Source of the DNA: Salinispira sp.
GTDB taxonomy: Bacteria > Spirochaetota > Spirochaetia > DSM-27196 > Salinispiraceae
Direction: 5' to 3'
Length of the DNA: 64,000 nt
Assembly (NCBI GenBank): GCA_965602015.1
Contig: OZ271918.1
Coordinates: 800,001 to 864,000, forward strand
The notes below the pieces were generated by a model. It worked only from the letters and a program-made list of their open reading frames with translations, searched no databases and had not been told where the DNA came from. How positions within the stretch are numbered: the stretch's first letter is position 1; each line of letters begins with the position of its first letter. Shown one piece after another: positions 1 through 9,484 of the stretch. Position numbers and translations under genes: made by a program.

Positions 1-121
1 CACTCAGAAGAATCGGCTTTGGCCTGAAGGGGGAACAAGTGGCGAATATCCCCAACTCTAAGGTGAATCCCTCTGCAAGACTTACCGACCCAAGGTCCTT
101 GAGATTGATCGCTTTTTGCAT
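1..121 (-). CDS. possible 5' part of a gene running off the left edge (hypothetical)
   Basis: ATG at 121-119, just downstream of the AraC gene; frame stays open to the window edge (MQKAINLKDLGSVSLAEG...). Confidence 0.35.
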   Translation of the reverse strand, partial: MQKAINLKDLGSVSLAEGFTLELGIFATCSPFRPKPILLS

Positions 122-149
122 GCTTACCTTCATTCCAATGGAGGTCGCA

Positions 150-1109
150 TCACTCCATAGGCTTCACGGGGATTCCCAAAACCACCCGGGCTTTCCCCTT
201 TTCTCCCTGGCCATCCTCCTGGAAATATTCCTCGTAGGCCAGCCCGTCATCCGGGACAAAGCCGCTGATCGGCAGCCATTGCCCATAAAACCATTCCCAG
301 GCCTTCTGATAGTCCTTGGGACCCAAATACCATTCGCTTCGAGCGTATGAACATTGCATAATCTCCATGACCCCGATTTTTCCATCTCCCTCAATGCCCC
401 AGGGAACGTTAGTTCCAATACTCAGGCGGAGCTTTGGTTCTTCAGTGGTGGAAGGATCATTATGATAAAAAGACAAATACCGGGTGTTTGCGTTTTCCAA
501 GAAACCCCGTGGACCCGCCCAACGACAATACTGGTCCCAGAGCCTCTGAAATAGACCGGCATCTCCCTTGTACGGCCCGGTGTGACGGACATAGGCAAAG
601 GCCATCGCTTCCTGGTTAACGATCCGAACAATCCGCTTCGTTCGATCTTTTCCAATCCAAATTTGGCTTTGTTCTCTGTGCTCAATATGCCCCTCAGGGC
701 CGGGAAATACTTCACGATCCTTGCGAAGGCCTTGCCGATTCTTGCTATCTTGCTCGTTTATTTTCTTTATAGAGAAAATCCGGATTCGCTCCTTACGATA
801 TTCAGAAGGAGCTATGCCGAATTTTTCCTTGAAGGCTCTCGAAAAAGCCGAGGAGCTGGAGAACCCGCATTCCAGGGCGATGGTGGTGAGACTCTTCTTG
901 CTGTCATACATCAAGAGGGCAGCTTTGGAGAGTCGGTGGCGAAGAATGAACTGATAGAGGGGTTCCCGGGCGATGGAAGAAAAAATTCTATGGAAGTGGA
1001 AAGGGGAAAATGCCGCCTCCCGAGCGAGGGTCTCCAAATCTAAAGGATCCCCGAGATGGGCTTCGATGTAATCCATGATTCGATTGATCCGTTGAGTATA
1101 TTCTTCCAA
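150..1109 (-). CDS. AraC-family transcriptional regulator with C-terminal GyrI-like effector domain
   Basis: N-terminal AraC HTH pair (FSPFHFHRIF; IALECGFSSSSAFSRAFK); C-terminal RHTGPY...W..FYGQWLP GyrI-like region; TTG start with AGGAG RBS. Confidence 0.9.
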   Translation of the reverse strand: MEEYTQRINRIMDYIEAHLGDPLDLETLAREAAFSPFHFHRIFSSIAREPLYQFILRHRLSKAALLMYDSKKSLTTIALECGFSSSSAFSRAFKEKFGIAPSEYRKERIRIFSIKKINEQDSKNRQGLRKDREVFPGPEGHIEHREQSQIWIGKDRTKRIVRIVNQEAMAFAYVRHTGPYKGDAGLFQRLWDQYCRWAGPRGFLENANTRYLSFYHNDPSTTEEPKLRLSIGTNVPWGIEGDGKIGVMEIMQCSYARSEWYLGPKDYQKAWEWFYGQWLPISGFVPDDGLAYEEYFQEDGQGEKGKARVVLGIPVKPME

Positions 1110-1216
1110 CTCATCTCCTGTGCATAAACTTTGGGAAGCAATTGGTATTTTTACCGTCTGTTTTTGGCCTATCGGTTTTTCCGATTAATGCAGTTGGTAC
1201 CGCGCTTTCGTGGCAA

Positions 1217-1241
1217 CAAAAACCCCGCCGGATGGCAGGGC
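1217..1241 (-). terminator. intrinsic terminator of arcA-arcB
   Basis: minus strand GCCCTGCC-ATCC-GGCGGGGT followed by TTTT. Confidence 0.65.
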
Positions 1242-1341
1242 TAATAGTAGAAAATAAATAGGTTTTCATCCAGTCGCGTGAACTCTCCCGGATCCCTTTG
1301 GGCCCACGCTCTGTTTTGAAAGATAACATTGGCTTTGCTAT

Positions 1342-2337
1342 TTACAGGTTTCCGATTGTGGCGACCATTACTGCCTTGATGGTGTGCAGCCGGTTTTCCG
1401 CCTGGTCGAAGACCACCGAGTGGTGGCTTCGGAACACCTCATCGGATACTTCCATTTCATGCAGACCGAATTTTTCCTTGATTTCCCGGCCGATTTCTGT
1501 GGCAGTATCGTGGAAGCTCGGAAGGCAGTGGAGGAATTTAACGTCGGGGTTTCCCGTTGCCTTAACCATTTTCATGTCCACCCTGAAAGGCTCGAGAAGT
1601 TTTATGCGTTGGGCGAACTGCTCCTCTTCACCCATTGAGACCCACACGTCGGTGTACAGCACGTCGGCTCCCTTGACCCCCGAGGCTATGTCGTCGGTGA
1701 GCACTATGCTGCCGCCGGTGGCATTGGCGACCAGCTTCATTTCTTCTACCAAATCCGGATCGGGAAACAGGCTCTTCGGCGCTACCGCGACGAAGTCGAT
1801 TCCCATCTTTGCCGACCCGATCATGAGGCTGTTGCCCATGTTGTTGCGGGCATCGCCGACGTAGACGAATTTTACCCGGTCCATGGGTTTGCCCACATGC
1901 TCCTGCACGGTCAGCAGATCGGCTAAAACCTGAGTCGGGTGGTAGCGGTCGGTGAGACCGTTCCACACCGGCACACCGGCATAACGGGAGATTTCGTTGC
2001 AGGTTTCCTGGTGAAAGCCCCGGAACTCGATGCCGTCGTAGTACCGCCCAAGAACCCTGGCGGTATCTTCGATGCTCTCCTTTTTGCCCATCTGGCTGTT
2101 GGACAGAAAAGTCACCTGTCCCCCTTCGTCGAACGCGGCGGTTTCGAAAGCCGCCCGTGTTCTGGTGGATGTCTTCTCGAAGAGCAACACGATATTCTTC
2201 CGGTCAAGCAGGTCGCCGCGTATGCCGGCGCGCTTCTTGTTCTTGAGATCGCGGCTGAGCTCCAGCAGATAGCGGATCTCCTCGGGGCTGAAATCTTTCA
2301 GCGTAAGAAAATGACGTCCTTTCAGATTTACTGGCAT
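1342..2337 (-). CDS. arcB: ornithine carbamoyltransferase (probably catabolic)
   Basis: STRTR, HPTQ, DVWVSMG and HCLP motifs; start placed at MPVNLKGRH behind GAGGAG RBS; directly downstream of arcA. Confidence 0.95.
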   Translation of the reverse strand: MPVNLKGRHFLTLKDFSPEEIRYLLELSRDLKNKKRAGIRGDLLDRKNIVLLFEKTSTRTRAAFETAAFDEGGQVTFLSNSQMGKKESIEDTARVLGRYYDGIEFRGFHQETCNEISRYAGVPVWNGLTDRYHPTQVLADLLTVQEHVGKPMDRVKFVYVGDARNNMGNSLMIGSAKMGIDFVAVAPKSLFPDPDLVEEMKLVANATGGSIVLTDDIASGVKGADVLYTDVWVSMGEEEQFAQRIKLLEPFRVDMKMVKATGNPDVKFLHCLPSFHDTATEIGREIKEKFGLHEMEVSDEVFRSHHSVVFDQAENRLHTIKAVMVATIGNL

Positions 2338-2411
2338 TTGCTTCTCCTCATTATGTGTTCCGGCCCAACCCGGCCCAGGCCTTCGGGGCATCGGCCGCCC
2401 GGCCTTGTGTA

Positions 2412-3659
2412 CTAGCTCTCTTGAGAGTAATCCCTGGCCAGGGGCATGCTCATGCAGCGCGGACCCCCCCGGCCCCGGACCAGCTCCGATCCGGGTATTT
2501 CAACCACTTCCACGCCGTTTTTGCGAAGCAGGTCGTTTGATACCCGGTTCCTGCGGTAGGTAATCACCTTGGCCGGAGCAATGGCCAGGGTATTGGTACC
2601 GTCATTCCATTGCTCCCGTTCGGCGGTAAGCAGATCTCCGCCGCCGGTTTCGATGAGCTGCACCGCATCGATATCCAGCGCTGAAGCCAGGGTCCCCTTG
2701 AGATTTTCCCGGCTTTGAATGCGGATCTCGCCGTTGCCCGCAGGGGTCAGTTCGAAAAGTGTAATGTAATCTGCAATGCCGGGGAAGATGGTGAATTTGT
2801 CCCGGTCCACCATGGTGAACACCGTGTCCAAATGCATATAGGCCCGGGCGAAGGGTATCTGCATGACCAGTACCCGCCGCAGCTCGCTGTGTTCGGCGAA
2901 AAGCCGCTGGGTAAGCTCCTCAATGCCCTCGGGACTGGTGCGCGCGCTGCACCCGATGGCCAGGGTATGGGGACTGAGAATCAGGATGTCCCCTCCCTCG
3001 ATGCTGTCCCGTTCGTCGTAATGGTGCCAGGGCTTTTGACCGTGGCTCAGGAATCGGGGATGAAACTCGGCAATATACTCCAGCAGCATGCTCTCCCGAC
3101 GGCGGGCCCTGGCTTTCATGGTATTTACCGATAGCCGGTTGCCGATTACCGTGCCGTAGTCTCTGGAGAAGTAGAGATTGGGAAGGGGATCGAGATAAAA
3201 GGGGTAGCCCTCTTTAATATAAAAAGACAGCCGCTTCTCCTCGCCCCGGTGGGGAATCTCGGTTTTTGTAAGACCCGAAACCAGACTGCTGGCAAGATCG
3301 CCATCGGCCTTGTCCAACAGCAGCTGTCTGATATCTTCCTTCAGGGTTCGGGAGTTTACCCTCAATTCATCGAGAACCTCGTTAACTATCAGATCACGGG
3401 CCACGCCCCGTTCATTGCTGCGGCTCAGGGACTCGGCGAGCAGGTCCTCGAAGTACAGAACTTCCGCCCCGTGCTCCCGCAGGCGGGCGGCAAATTCATC
3501 GTGTTCTTTCTGCATCTGTTCAAGGTATGGTATGTCCTCGAAAAGCATCTCATCGAGATATTTGGGCATGAGCTGCTCGAGTTCCCGCCCCGGACGGTGA
3601 AGCAGGATACTCTGAATGGGATCAATCTCCGATCTGATGTTGAGAAATGCCGTACTCAT
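2412..3659 (-). CDS. arcA: arginine deiminase
   Basis: [49 protein letters not shown] (catalytic Cys). Confidence 0.97.
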   Translation of the reverse strand: MSTAFLNIRSEIDPIQSILLHRPGRELEQLMPKYLDEMLFEDIPYLEQMQKEHDEFAARLREHGAEVLYFEDLLAESLSRSNERGVARDLIVNEVLDELRVNSRTLKEDIRQLLLDKADGDLASSLVSGLTKTEIPHRGEEKRLSFYIKEGYPFYLDPLPNLYFSRDYGTVIGNRLSVNTMKARARRRESMLLEYIAEFHPRFLSHGQKPWHHYDERDSIEGGDILILSPHTLAIGCSARTSPEGIEELTQRLFAEHSELRRVLVMQIPFARAYMHLDTVFTMVDRDKFTIFPGIADYITLFELTPAGNGEIRIQSRENLKGTLASALDIDAVQLIETGGGDLLTAEREQWNDGTNTLAIAPAKVITYRRNRVSNDLLRKNGVEVVEIPGSELVRGRGGPRCMSMPLARDYSQES

Positions 3660-3802
3660 TATGGGTCCGCTCCTCGTAATTCCGATAGTATGTTACCACT
3701 GTAATAGTAATAATGGAAGAGCAAAAGGACATCTGTTACTATTGCAGTAGTTATGATAAAATATCATCACCTGCCGTGCACCATAATTCAGGAGGCCGCC
3801 GG

Positions 3803-4114
3803 ATGATACCACAGGGAAGTCTCGTCGACATTCACACCATTCTGCTCAGCGCCGACCAGCGCAGTTCTTCAATCCCCGAGGACACCAAACGGGTGAATCT
3901 GGAGATGAAGGTCAAGGGCATTCTCTGCGCCGATGCGTCCCCCGGCGATTCGGTGGAAATCGAAACGCCCGTCGGGCGAAGGCTCAGGGGTACCCTGATA
4001 GAGGCCTATCCAGCCTATAAACACCGATTCGGACCGCCGATTCCCGAGCTGGTGAATATCGGAGGCGAACTTCGCCGCATCCTTCGGGATTACCGGGAGG
4101 CTGCTGATGAGTAG
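3803..4114 (+). CDS. ortA: 2-amino-4-oxopentanoate thiolase alpha subunit
   Basis: PEDTK.V.LEMKVKG.L, VEIETPVGR, P.Y.H.FG.PIPEL; GGAGG RBS before ATG 3803; overlaps ortB start. Confidence 0.88.
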   Translation: MIPQGSLVDIHTILLSADQRSSSIPEDTKRVNLEMKVKGILCADASPGDSVEIETPVGRRLRGTLIEAYPAYKHRFGPPIPELVNIGGELRRILRDYREAADE

Positions 4115-5561
4115 GGTAGCACAAGACCGGGACCGCAGCTACCAGGCGGTCATGGCCCGAAAGTCGGAAATCATGCGCAGTTCGGTGGGCATAGACTACA
4201 GCGCGTACAACCACGGCACAATCGCCTTCGACTATGAAGCAATGCTTTCCGATCCGGGCTACGCCATTGAGGACATCGCCGCAATTCAGGCTGAAACCGC
4301 GGTGGGCAACACCCCCCTGGTTGAATTAAAAAATCTCACCGATATTGTCAGAGCCATGTCCAAACCCGGCATGGGCGCCAGAATCTTCATCAAGGATGAA
4401 GCCGCCAACCCTTCGGGATCATATAAGGACCGCCGGGCTTCTCTCTCAGCATGGGAGGCAAAAAAACGAGGCTACCGGGGCATCGCCGCGGCATCCAGCG
4501 GGAATTACGGAGCGGCAGTGGCCAGCCAGGCGGCAAAGCATGGTCTTGCCTCAATCATCGTTCAGGAGAGCTTTGACTCCCGGGGAGTGGAGCAGCCGGA
4601 AATTGCCGAGAAGACCCGGGCCTGCGAGGCCTACGGCGCCGAAGTGCAGCGGCTTTCGGTGGGGCCGGAGCTGTTCTATCAGTTCCTTCTCACCCTGGAA
4701 GACAGCGGTTTTTTCAACGCCTCGCTGTACACCCCGTTTTCTATTCTCGGAGTGGAGACCCTGGGAAGCGAACTGGTCAGCCAGGTCCGCAGCCGCTGCG
4801 GTCGGGACCCCGATGTGGTAATCGCCACCAACGCCGGCGGGGGTAACCTCACAGGTACCGCCAGGGGCATTGTGAAGGCCGGAGCCCAGTCATGTAGCAT
4901 TATCGGCGCCAGCGTCGACCTTTCCGGGCTCCACATGGCAAGCGACGGGGATTTTAACCGCAAGTCCTTCACCACGGGCCACACCGGCTTTGCCATACCG
5001 TTTACCACATGGCCTGACCGCAGCGACGTACCCCGTAGCGCAGCCCGTCCCCTGCGGTATATGGACCGTTTTGTCACCGTAACCCAGGGCGAGGTTTTCT
5101 ATGTTACCCAGGCACTTGCCGAGCTCGAGGGAATGGAGCGGGGCCCGGCGGGCAACACCTCCCTTGCCGCCGCGTTGAGCATTGCCCGGGAACTGCCGAG
5201 GGAACAGATTGTGGTAGTCCAGGAGACAGAGTATACCGGTGCGGGAAAGCATCCCATAGCCCAGCTGAATCTGGCCAGGCAGATGGGCATCGAGCTGCGC
5301 CGGGGAGACCCTTCCGAAAACCGGCCCGGCAAGGCCATCGTCATCCCCGAGCACCCATCCCAGATTCAGGCCCGAGAGGTGAGCATGGAGCGCCTCCAAA
5401 ACAGTTACCTCCAAAAAGCCCTGTCCGCCCTGGGCCGGGAGAGACCCGCGCTTGAAGTATTGGGACACTATGATATTGAGTACCTTGCAGCGGAAACCCG
5501 TCTTTCCGTCGATGGTATAAAAAAGCGTATTCTTCAGCTCGAAAATGCGAAAATCGAATAA
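4107..5561 (+). CDS. ortB: 2-amino-4-oxopentanoate thiolase beta subunit (PLP-dependent)
   Basis: SYQAVMARK.EIM, KDEAANPSGSYKDRRA (PLP Lys), SSGNYG, FNRKSFTTGHTGF, QETEYTGAGKH. Confidence 0.93.
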   Translation: MSRVAQDRDRSYQAVMARKSEIMRSSVGIDYSAYNHGTIAFDYEAMLSDPGYAIEDIAAIQAETAVGNTPLVELKNLTDIVRAMSKPGMGARIFIKDEAANPSGSYKDRRASLSAWEAKKRGYRGIAAASSGNYGAAVASQAAKHGLASIIVQESFDSRGVEQPEIAEKTRACEAYGAEVQRLSVGPELFYQFLLTLEDSGFFNASLYTPFSILGVETLGSELVSQVRSRCGRDPDVVIATNAGGGNLTGTARGIVKAGAQSCSIIGASVDLSGLHMASDGDFNRKSFTTGHTGFAIPFTTWPDRSDVPRSAARPLRYMDRFVTVTQGEVFYVTQALAELEGMERGPAGNTSLAAALSIARELPREQIVVVQETEYTGAGKHPIAQLNLARQMGIELRRGDPSENRPGKAIVIPEHPSQIQAREVSMERLQNSYLQKALSALGRERPALEVLGHYDIEYLAAETRLSVDGIKKRILQLENAKIE

Positions 5562-5568
5562 ATTACCC

Positions 5569-5596
5569 TTGCATTTTGCGAAATACGTTTTATTAT
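5569..5596 (+). promoter_or_regulatory. sigma70-like promoter upstream of ald
   Basis: TTGCAT-16 bp-TATTAT. Confidence 0.4.
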
Positions 5597-5628
5597 CAGC
5601 GTAGAACGACCTGTTTCGGAGGTAGAGT

Positions 5629-6765
5629 ATGATAGTTGGAACTGTCAAAGAAATAAAGCGGCATGAATACCGGATCGGCCTCACTCCCCAGTGCGTGGCG
5701 GCCTATGTTTCTCACGGCCACAGCGTGCTGGTGGAGAAGGAAGCCGGACTGGGTGCGGGATTCACCGATGAGGAATACACCGAGGCCGGAGCCCAGCTGG
5801 CCGACAGCGCGGCAGAGGTGTTTAAAAAGGCCGATATGATCGTCAAGGTCAAGGAACCCCAGAAGCCCGAAGTGGCCATGCTCCGCAAGGGTCAGATTCT
5901 TTTTACCTACCTGCATCTCGCCGCCGACCAGGAGCTCACAGAATCGCTTCTGGCAAGCGAAGCCCACGGCGTGGCGTACGAAACCATCGAGCCCGAAGCC
6001 GGCTTGCTTCCCTGTCTCAAACCAATGAGCGAAATCGCCGGCAGGTTATCAGCCCAGGAAGGCGCGAAGTACCTTGAAAAGCCCTTCGGCGGGCGCGGGG
6101 TCCTTCTGGGAGGAGTACCCGGGGTGGCAAGGGGAAAGGTCGCCATTTTGGGAGCCGGCGTGGTGGGCACCAACGCAGCCCAGATCGCCATGGGAATGGG
6201 CGCCGACGTCACCATCCTGGATATCAACTCCCGCCGCCTGGAGTACCTCGACCAGCTCTATCACGGCACCCTGACAACCCTGTACTCCACGCCTCCCAAC
6301 GTAGAGCGGATCCTCCGGGAAAGCGACCTGATTATCGGGGCAGTGCTGATCCCCGGGGCCAAGGCCCCCCGGCTCGTTACCCGGCAGCAGCTCTCCCTGA
6401 TGAAACCCGGAGCCCTGCTGGTGGATGTGGCCATTGACCAGGGCGGCTGTTTCGAGACCTCCCGGCCGACGACCCATGACGATCCGGTGTATACCGTTGA
6501 CGGCATACAGCATTACTGCGTAGCCAATATGCCCGGAGCCGTAAGCCGGACCTCTACTCTGGCCCTGACCAGCACGACCCTTTCGTACGGGCTTATGCTG
6601 GCCGACAGGGGCATACAGACCGCATGCCGCAATAATGCCGCCCTGCGCCGAGGGGTTAATACCTTCGCAGGGAAGTTGACCTGCAAGGCTGTCGCCGAGG
6701 CCTTCGCTCTGGAATATACCGATCCCGCCGGAATTTTCGACGCCCCCGCCACGGCTTATGTATAA
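5629..6765 (+). CDS. ald: alanine dehydrogenase
   Basis: KEIK..EYRIGLTP, KVKEP, FTYLHLAA, PMSEIAGR, GAGVVG, DVAIDQGGCFETS, HYCVANMPG. Confidence 0.97.
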   Translation: MIVGTVKEIKRHEYRIGLTPQCVAAYVSHGHSVLVEKEAGLGAGFTDEEYTEAGAQLADSAAEVFKKADMIVKVKEPQKPEVAMLRKGQILFTYLHLAADQELTESLLASEAHGVAYETIEPEAGLLPCLKPMSEIAGRLSAQEGAKYLEKPFGGRGVLLGGVPGVARGKVAILGAGVVGTNAAQIAMGMGADVTILDINSRRLEYLDQLYHGTLTTLYSTPPNVERILRESDLIIGAVLIPGAKAPRLVTRQQLSLMKPGALLVDVAIDQGGCFETSRPTTHDDPVYTVDGIQHYCVANMPGAVSRTSTLALTSTTLSYGLMLADRGIQTACRNNAALRRGVNTFAGKLTCKAVAEAFALEYTDPAGIFDAPATAYV

Positions 6766-7195
6766 ACCCGACGAAGTCGACTGGAGTATTATCCGGCTGC
6801 TTCGGGAGGAATACGAAAACAACAACGCCATCGCCCGGAAGCTTGGGGTTTCAGAGGGCACTGTCCGCCAGAGAATACGCCGCCTCAAGGAGGCGGATAT
6901 TCTCAGGGTGCGCGGACAGATCAATCCGGATATCCTGGAAGAGCAGCAGCTTGCCCTCATCGGAATAAATGTGGGGCCGGCGGGAAAGCTCGAGACAAAG
7001 GCCCGGGAAATTGCCGCTCTGTCCCATGTGCAATCGGTCTCCATCGCCTCGGGCCGCTATGATGTCCTGGCCGAGGTTCTGGTGAGCTCCAACAAGGGGC
7101 TGGTTGATTTCCTTACTCATCAGCTTTCCACCGTGGACGGCCTGATATCCTCCGAGACCTTTCTGCTCCTGAAATCATATAACCGTTTTGTATAA
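6758..7195 (+). CDS. Lrp/AsnC-family transcriptional regulator
   Basis: IARKLGVSEGTVRQRIRRL HTH; SGRYD in the C-terminal RAM domain; overlaps ald stop. Confidence 0.92.
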   Translation: MYKPDEVDWSIIRLLREEYENNNAIARKLGVSEGTVRQRIRRLKEADILRVRGQINPDILEEQQLALIGINVGPAGKLETKAREIAALSHVQSVSIASGRYDVLAEVLVSSNKGLVDFLTHQLSTVDGLISSETFLLLKSYNRFV

Positions 7196-7283
7196 AAACC
7201 CAGCATTGTTGCCCGCGGCGTCGAGAAAAGCTACAATCGAGCATATACTACTGTAGTCGTAATGACCGGAGGTCGATTCGCCC

Positions 7284-8477
7284 ATGATTCTTATTCAAAA
7301 CGCCGACATCTATGCCCCCTCCCGCCTTGGTCGAAAAGACCTTCTTATGGCCGGCGGGAGCATAATTGCAATTGAGCCTGCGGGAGGACTTGATGACCTG
7401 TTGTCTTCTTCCCAGGTTGAAGTTTTCGACGCCGAGGGTATGACGGCGGTTCCGGGTTTTATCGACAATCATCTTCACCTTATCGGCGGAGGAGGGGAGG
7501 GGGGATATACGACCCGTACTCCGGAGATGATGCTGGGAGATATGGTGGCCCACGGCGTCACCTCAGTGGTCGGCACCCTGGGCACCGATGCCACCAGCCG
7601 GTCCATGGCCGATCTGCTTGCCAAGGTTAAGGCGCTGCGTGAAGAAGGCATCGGCGCATGGTGCTGGAGCGGAAATTACCACCTTCCGGTAAAAACCCTG
7701 ACGGGAAACCTGACCGACGACATCATGCTCATCGAAGAAGTGATCGGTGCGGGCGAGATCGCCGTGTCGGACCATCGTTCCAGCCAGCCGACGGTCTCGG
7801 AATTGGCCCGCCTTGCCTCCCAGGTCCGGGTGGGGGGAATGCTGTCCGGGAAAGCCGGATTGGTAAACCTCCATCTTGGCGACGGAAAGGGCGGTTTGGA
7901 GCTTCTGCGCGAGCTTATTGGTCAAACAGATATTCCGATTTCCCAGTTCCTGCCGACCCATCTCACCCGCAACCCCGGGCTGTTCAGTGAGGCAATAGAC
8001 TGGGCTTTACAGGGCGGACGGGTTGATTTCACCGCATGCACGGTGCAGTCTTTTCTCGATGATGGGGAAATTCGGGCCAGCGACGGCTTTCGCAGGATGC
8101 TCGATGCGGGAGTCGATCCCCGGAATATTACCTTTTCATCGGATGCCGGGGGAAGTCTGCCGGAATTCGACTCCCGGGGGGAGCTCATCGGCATGAGCAT
8201 CGGCAGCTGCTCCAGCCTCTATGGGGAAATAAAGCGGTCGGTAACCGAGCAGGGCATCGATCTGGAAACCGCGCTGCTTCCCGTGAGCGCTAATCCCGCC
8301 GCTACCCTGGGGTTGAAAGGCAAGGGGCGGCTCGAGGTCGGCTTTGATGCGGACATTGTCCTGCTCGATGGCCCGGCGGACAGAGGGGAAGCGGCAATTC
8401 ACAGTGTTTTTGCTCGTGGTAGGGCCATGGTGCGGGCCGGTGAGCTCCTTGTACGCTCCCGGTTTGAATCCCGGTGA
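7284..8477 (+). CDS. iadA: isoaspartyl dipeptidase (beta-aspartyl peptidase)
   Basis: PGFIDNHLHLIGGGGEGG..TRTPE, GEIAVSDHRSSQPT, ARVGG-like RVGGMLSGKAG, PTH, SSDAGGSLP. Confidence 0.95.
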   Translation: MILIQNADIYAPSRLGRKDLLMAGGSIIAIEPAGGLDDLLSSSQVEVFDAEGMTAVPGFIDNHLHLIGGGGEGGYTTRTPEMMLGDMVAHGVTSVVGTLGTDATSRSMADLLAKVKALREEGIGAWCWSGNYHLPVKTLTGNLTDDIMLIEEVIGAGEIAVSDHRSSQPTVSELARLASQVRVGGMLSGKAGLVNLHLGDGKGGLELLRELIGQTDIPISQFLPTHLTRNPGLFSEAIDWALQGGRVDFTACTVQSFLDDGEIRASDGFRRMLDAGVDPRNITFSSDAGGSLPEFDSRGELIGMSIGSCSSLYGEIKRSVTEQGIDLETALLPVSANPAATLGLKGKGRLEVGFDADIVLLDGPADRGEAAIHSVFARGRAMVRAGELLVRSRFESR

Positions 8478-8486
8478 GCGGAAGTT

Positions 8487-8840
8487 CTATGGAAGCTTGC
8501 TGTTGAGCCGATATTCCCGGCCGGCCCCGTCGCGGAACAGAAATTTATAATCGATAAGGTAGCGGCGAATGGTGGCCACGTCCTGGTAAACCGGCTTTAG
8601 GAGACCAGTGATGTCCCTGTCGCTGTAGACCCGATTCTTCTCAAACAGCCCGGCGACGGCTCGGAGCACCACAAGCTTCGCCTTTTCTTTTCGGGGAAAC
8701 GTCTTAATTTTAAATTCGGCGCCTCGGTCAATATGCTTGCCTTCTATGCTCCGGGCTTCCTCAACGGTAATGCGAACCCGGTCATCCTGTATGGGAATGT
8801 CAGGGTGATATTGTAGCAGCTCTGCCATGTCATTCTCCAT
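8487..8840 (-). CDS. DUF2087-type protein
   Basis: FP.KEKAK..VL...F...R.YS...D.ATIRRYLIDY.FL.R pattern. Confidence 0.8.
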   Translation of the reverse strand: MENDMAELLQYHPDIPIQDDRVRITVEEARSIEGKHIDRGAEFKIKTFPRKEKAKLVVLRAVAGLFEKNRVYSDRDITGLLKPVYQDVATIRRYLIDYKFLFRDGAGREYRLNSKLP

Positions 8841-8881
8841 TGCACCAGAACACCCTCGAGGAGCTCATGTGTATGGCGTCT

Positions 8882-9277
8882 TTACGCCAAGGCTCTCATG
8901 ACGCCCGGGGCAAAATTTCGGATGTAATCTTTTGCGGCGTCCCCCGCACTGACCTGCGGCTGGGTCTGCTTCAAATAGTACCAGTGAGTCGACAATCGGA
9001 ACAAGCGTTCGGCCCGGCTGAGATCCGGGAATGCCATCCGGAAATCCGGCGTCTCGCAGGCCGTGAGAAGGGGCTCGAACACCTCTTCCATCCAGGAAAA
9101 CACCGCCTCCCCCCATTCGAGGGGCCATGACGCCTCTTCACTTCTGAAATATTTATGTACATCTACATGATCAACCAGGTTGTCCCACCAGCTTTCATCT
9201 TCGGGAAACATGCCCAGATTGAGCAGCGTCATCTTAAGCAGGTATTTCTTTTCGTCTTTCGGAATGATATAATTCAT
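8882..9277 (-). CDS. hypothetical protein (DUF4032-like helical domain)
   Basis: GGGAGG RBS; W.E.VF.P...FP....E.......HWYYL pattern recalled from DUF4032-type proteins. Confidence 0.55.
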   Translation of the reverse strand: MNYIIPKDEKKYLLKMTLLNLGMFPEDESWWDNLVDHVDVHKYFRSEEASWPLEWGEAVFSWMEEVFEPLLTACETPDFRMAFPDLSRAERLFRLSTHWYYLKQTQPQVSAGDAAKDYIRNFAPGVMRALA

Positions 9278-9318
9278 CTTCCCTCCCAGACAGAAGCCTT
9301 ATGATTTCTGTCCGGGAG

Positions 9319-9386
9319 ATAATGTATCCCGCTGCAGGAAAATGTCAACAATAATCCTTGACAAAACACAATTTTAACCCGTATCA
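9319..9386. promoter_or_regulatory. back-to-back divergent promoter region
   Basis: TGTCAA (9343-48) and TTGACA (9358-63) give a perfect -35 hexamer on each strand in an AT-rich intergenic region. Confidence 0.45.
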
Positions 9387-9484
9387 AAATTTCTCTAAAA
9401 TATCCTTGTTTTATGTGATATTTTTGAATGACGATCGGGATACGCATTGCCTTTTTTTTTCCGTCAGCCCATTATGTATATATC

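Noticed and set aside
1190..1215. TGGTACCGCG T-box-like motif
   Set aside because: It is on the + strand with no downstream + strand gene, and no specifier stem is recognisable.
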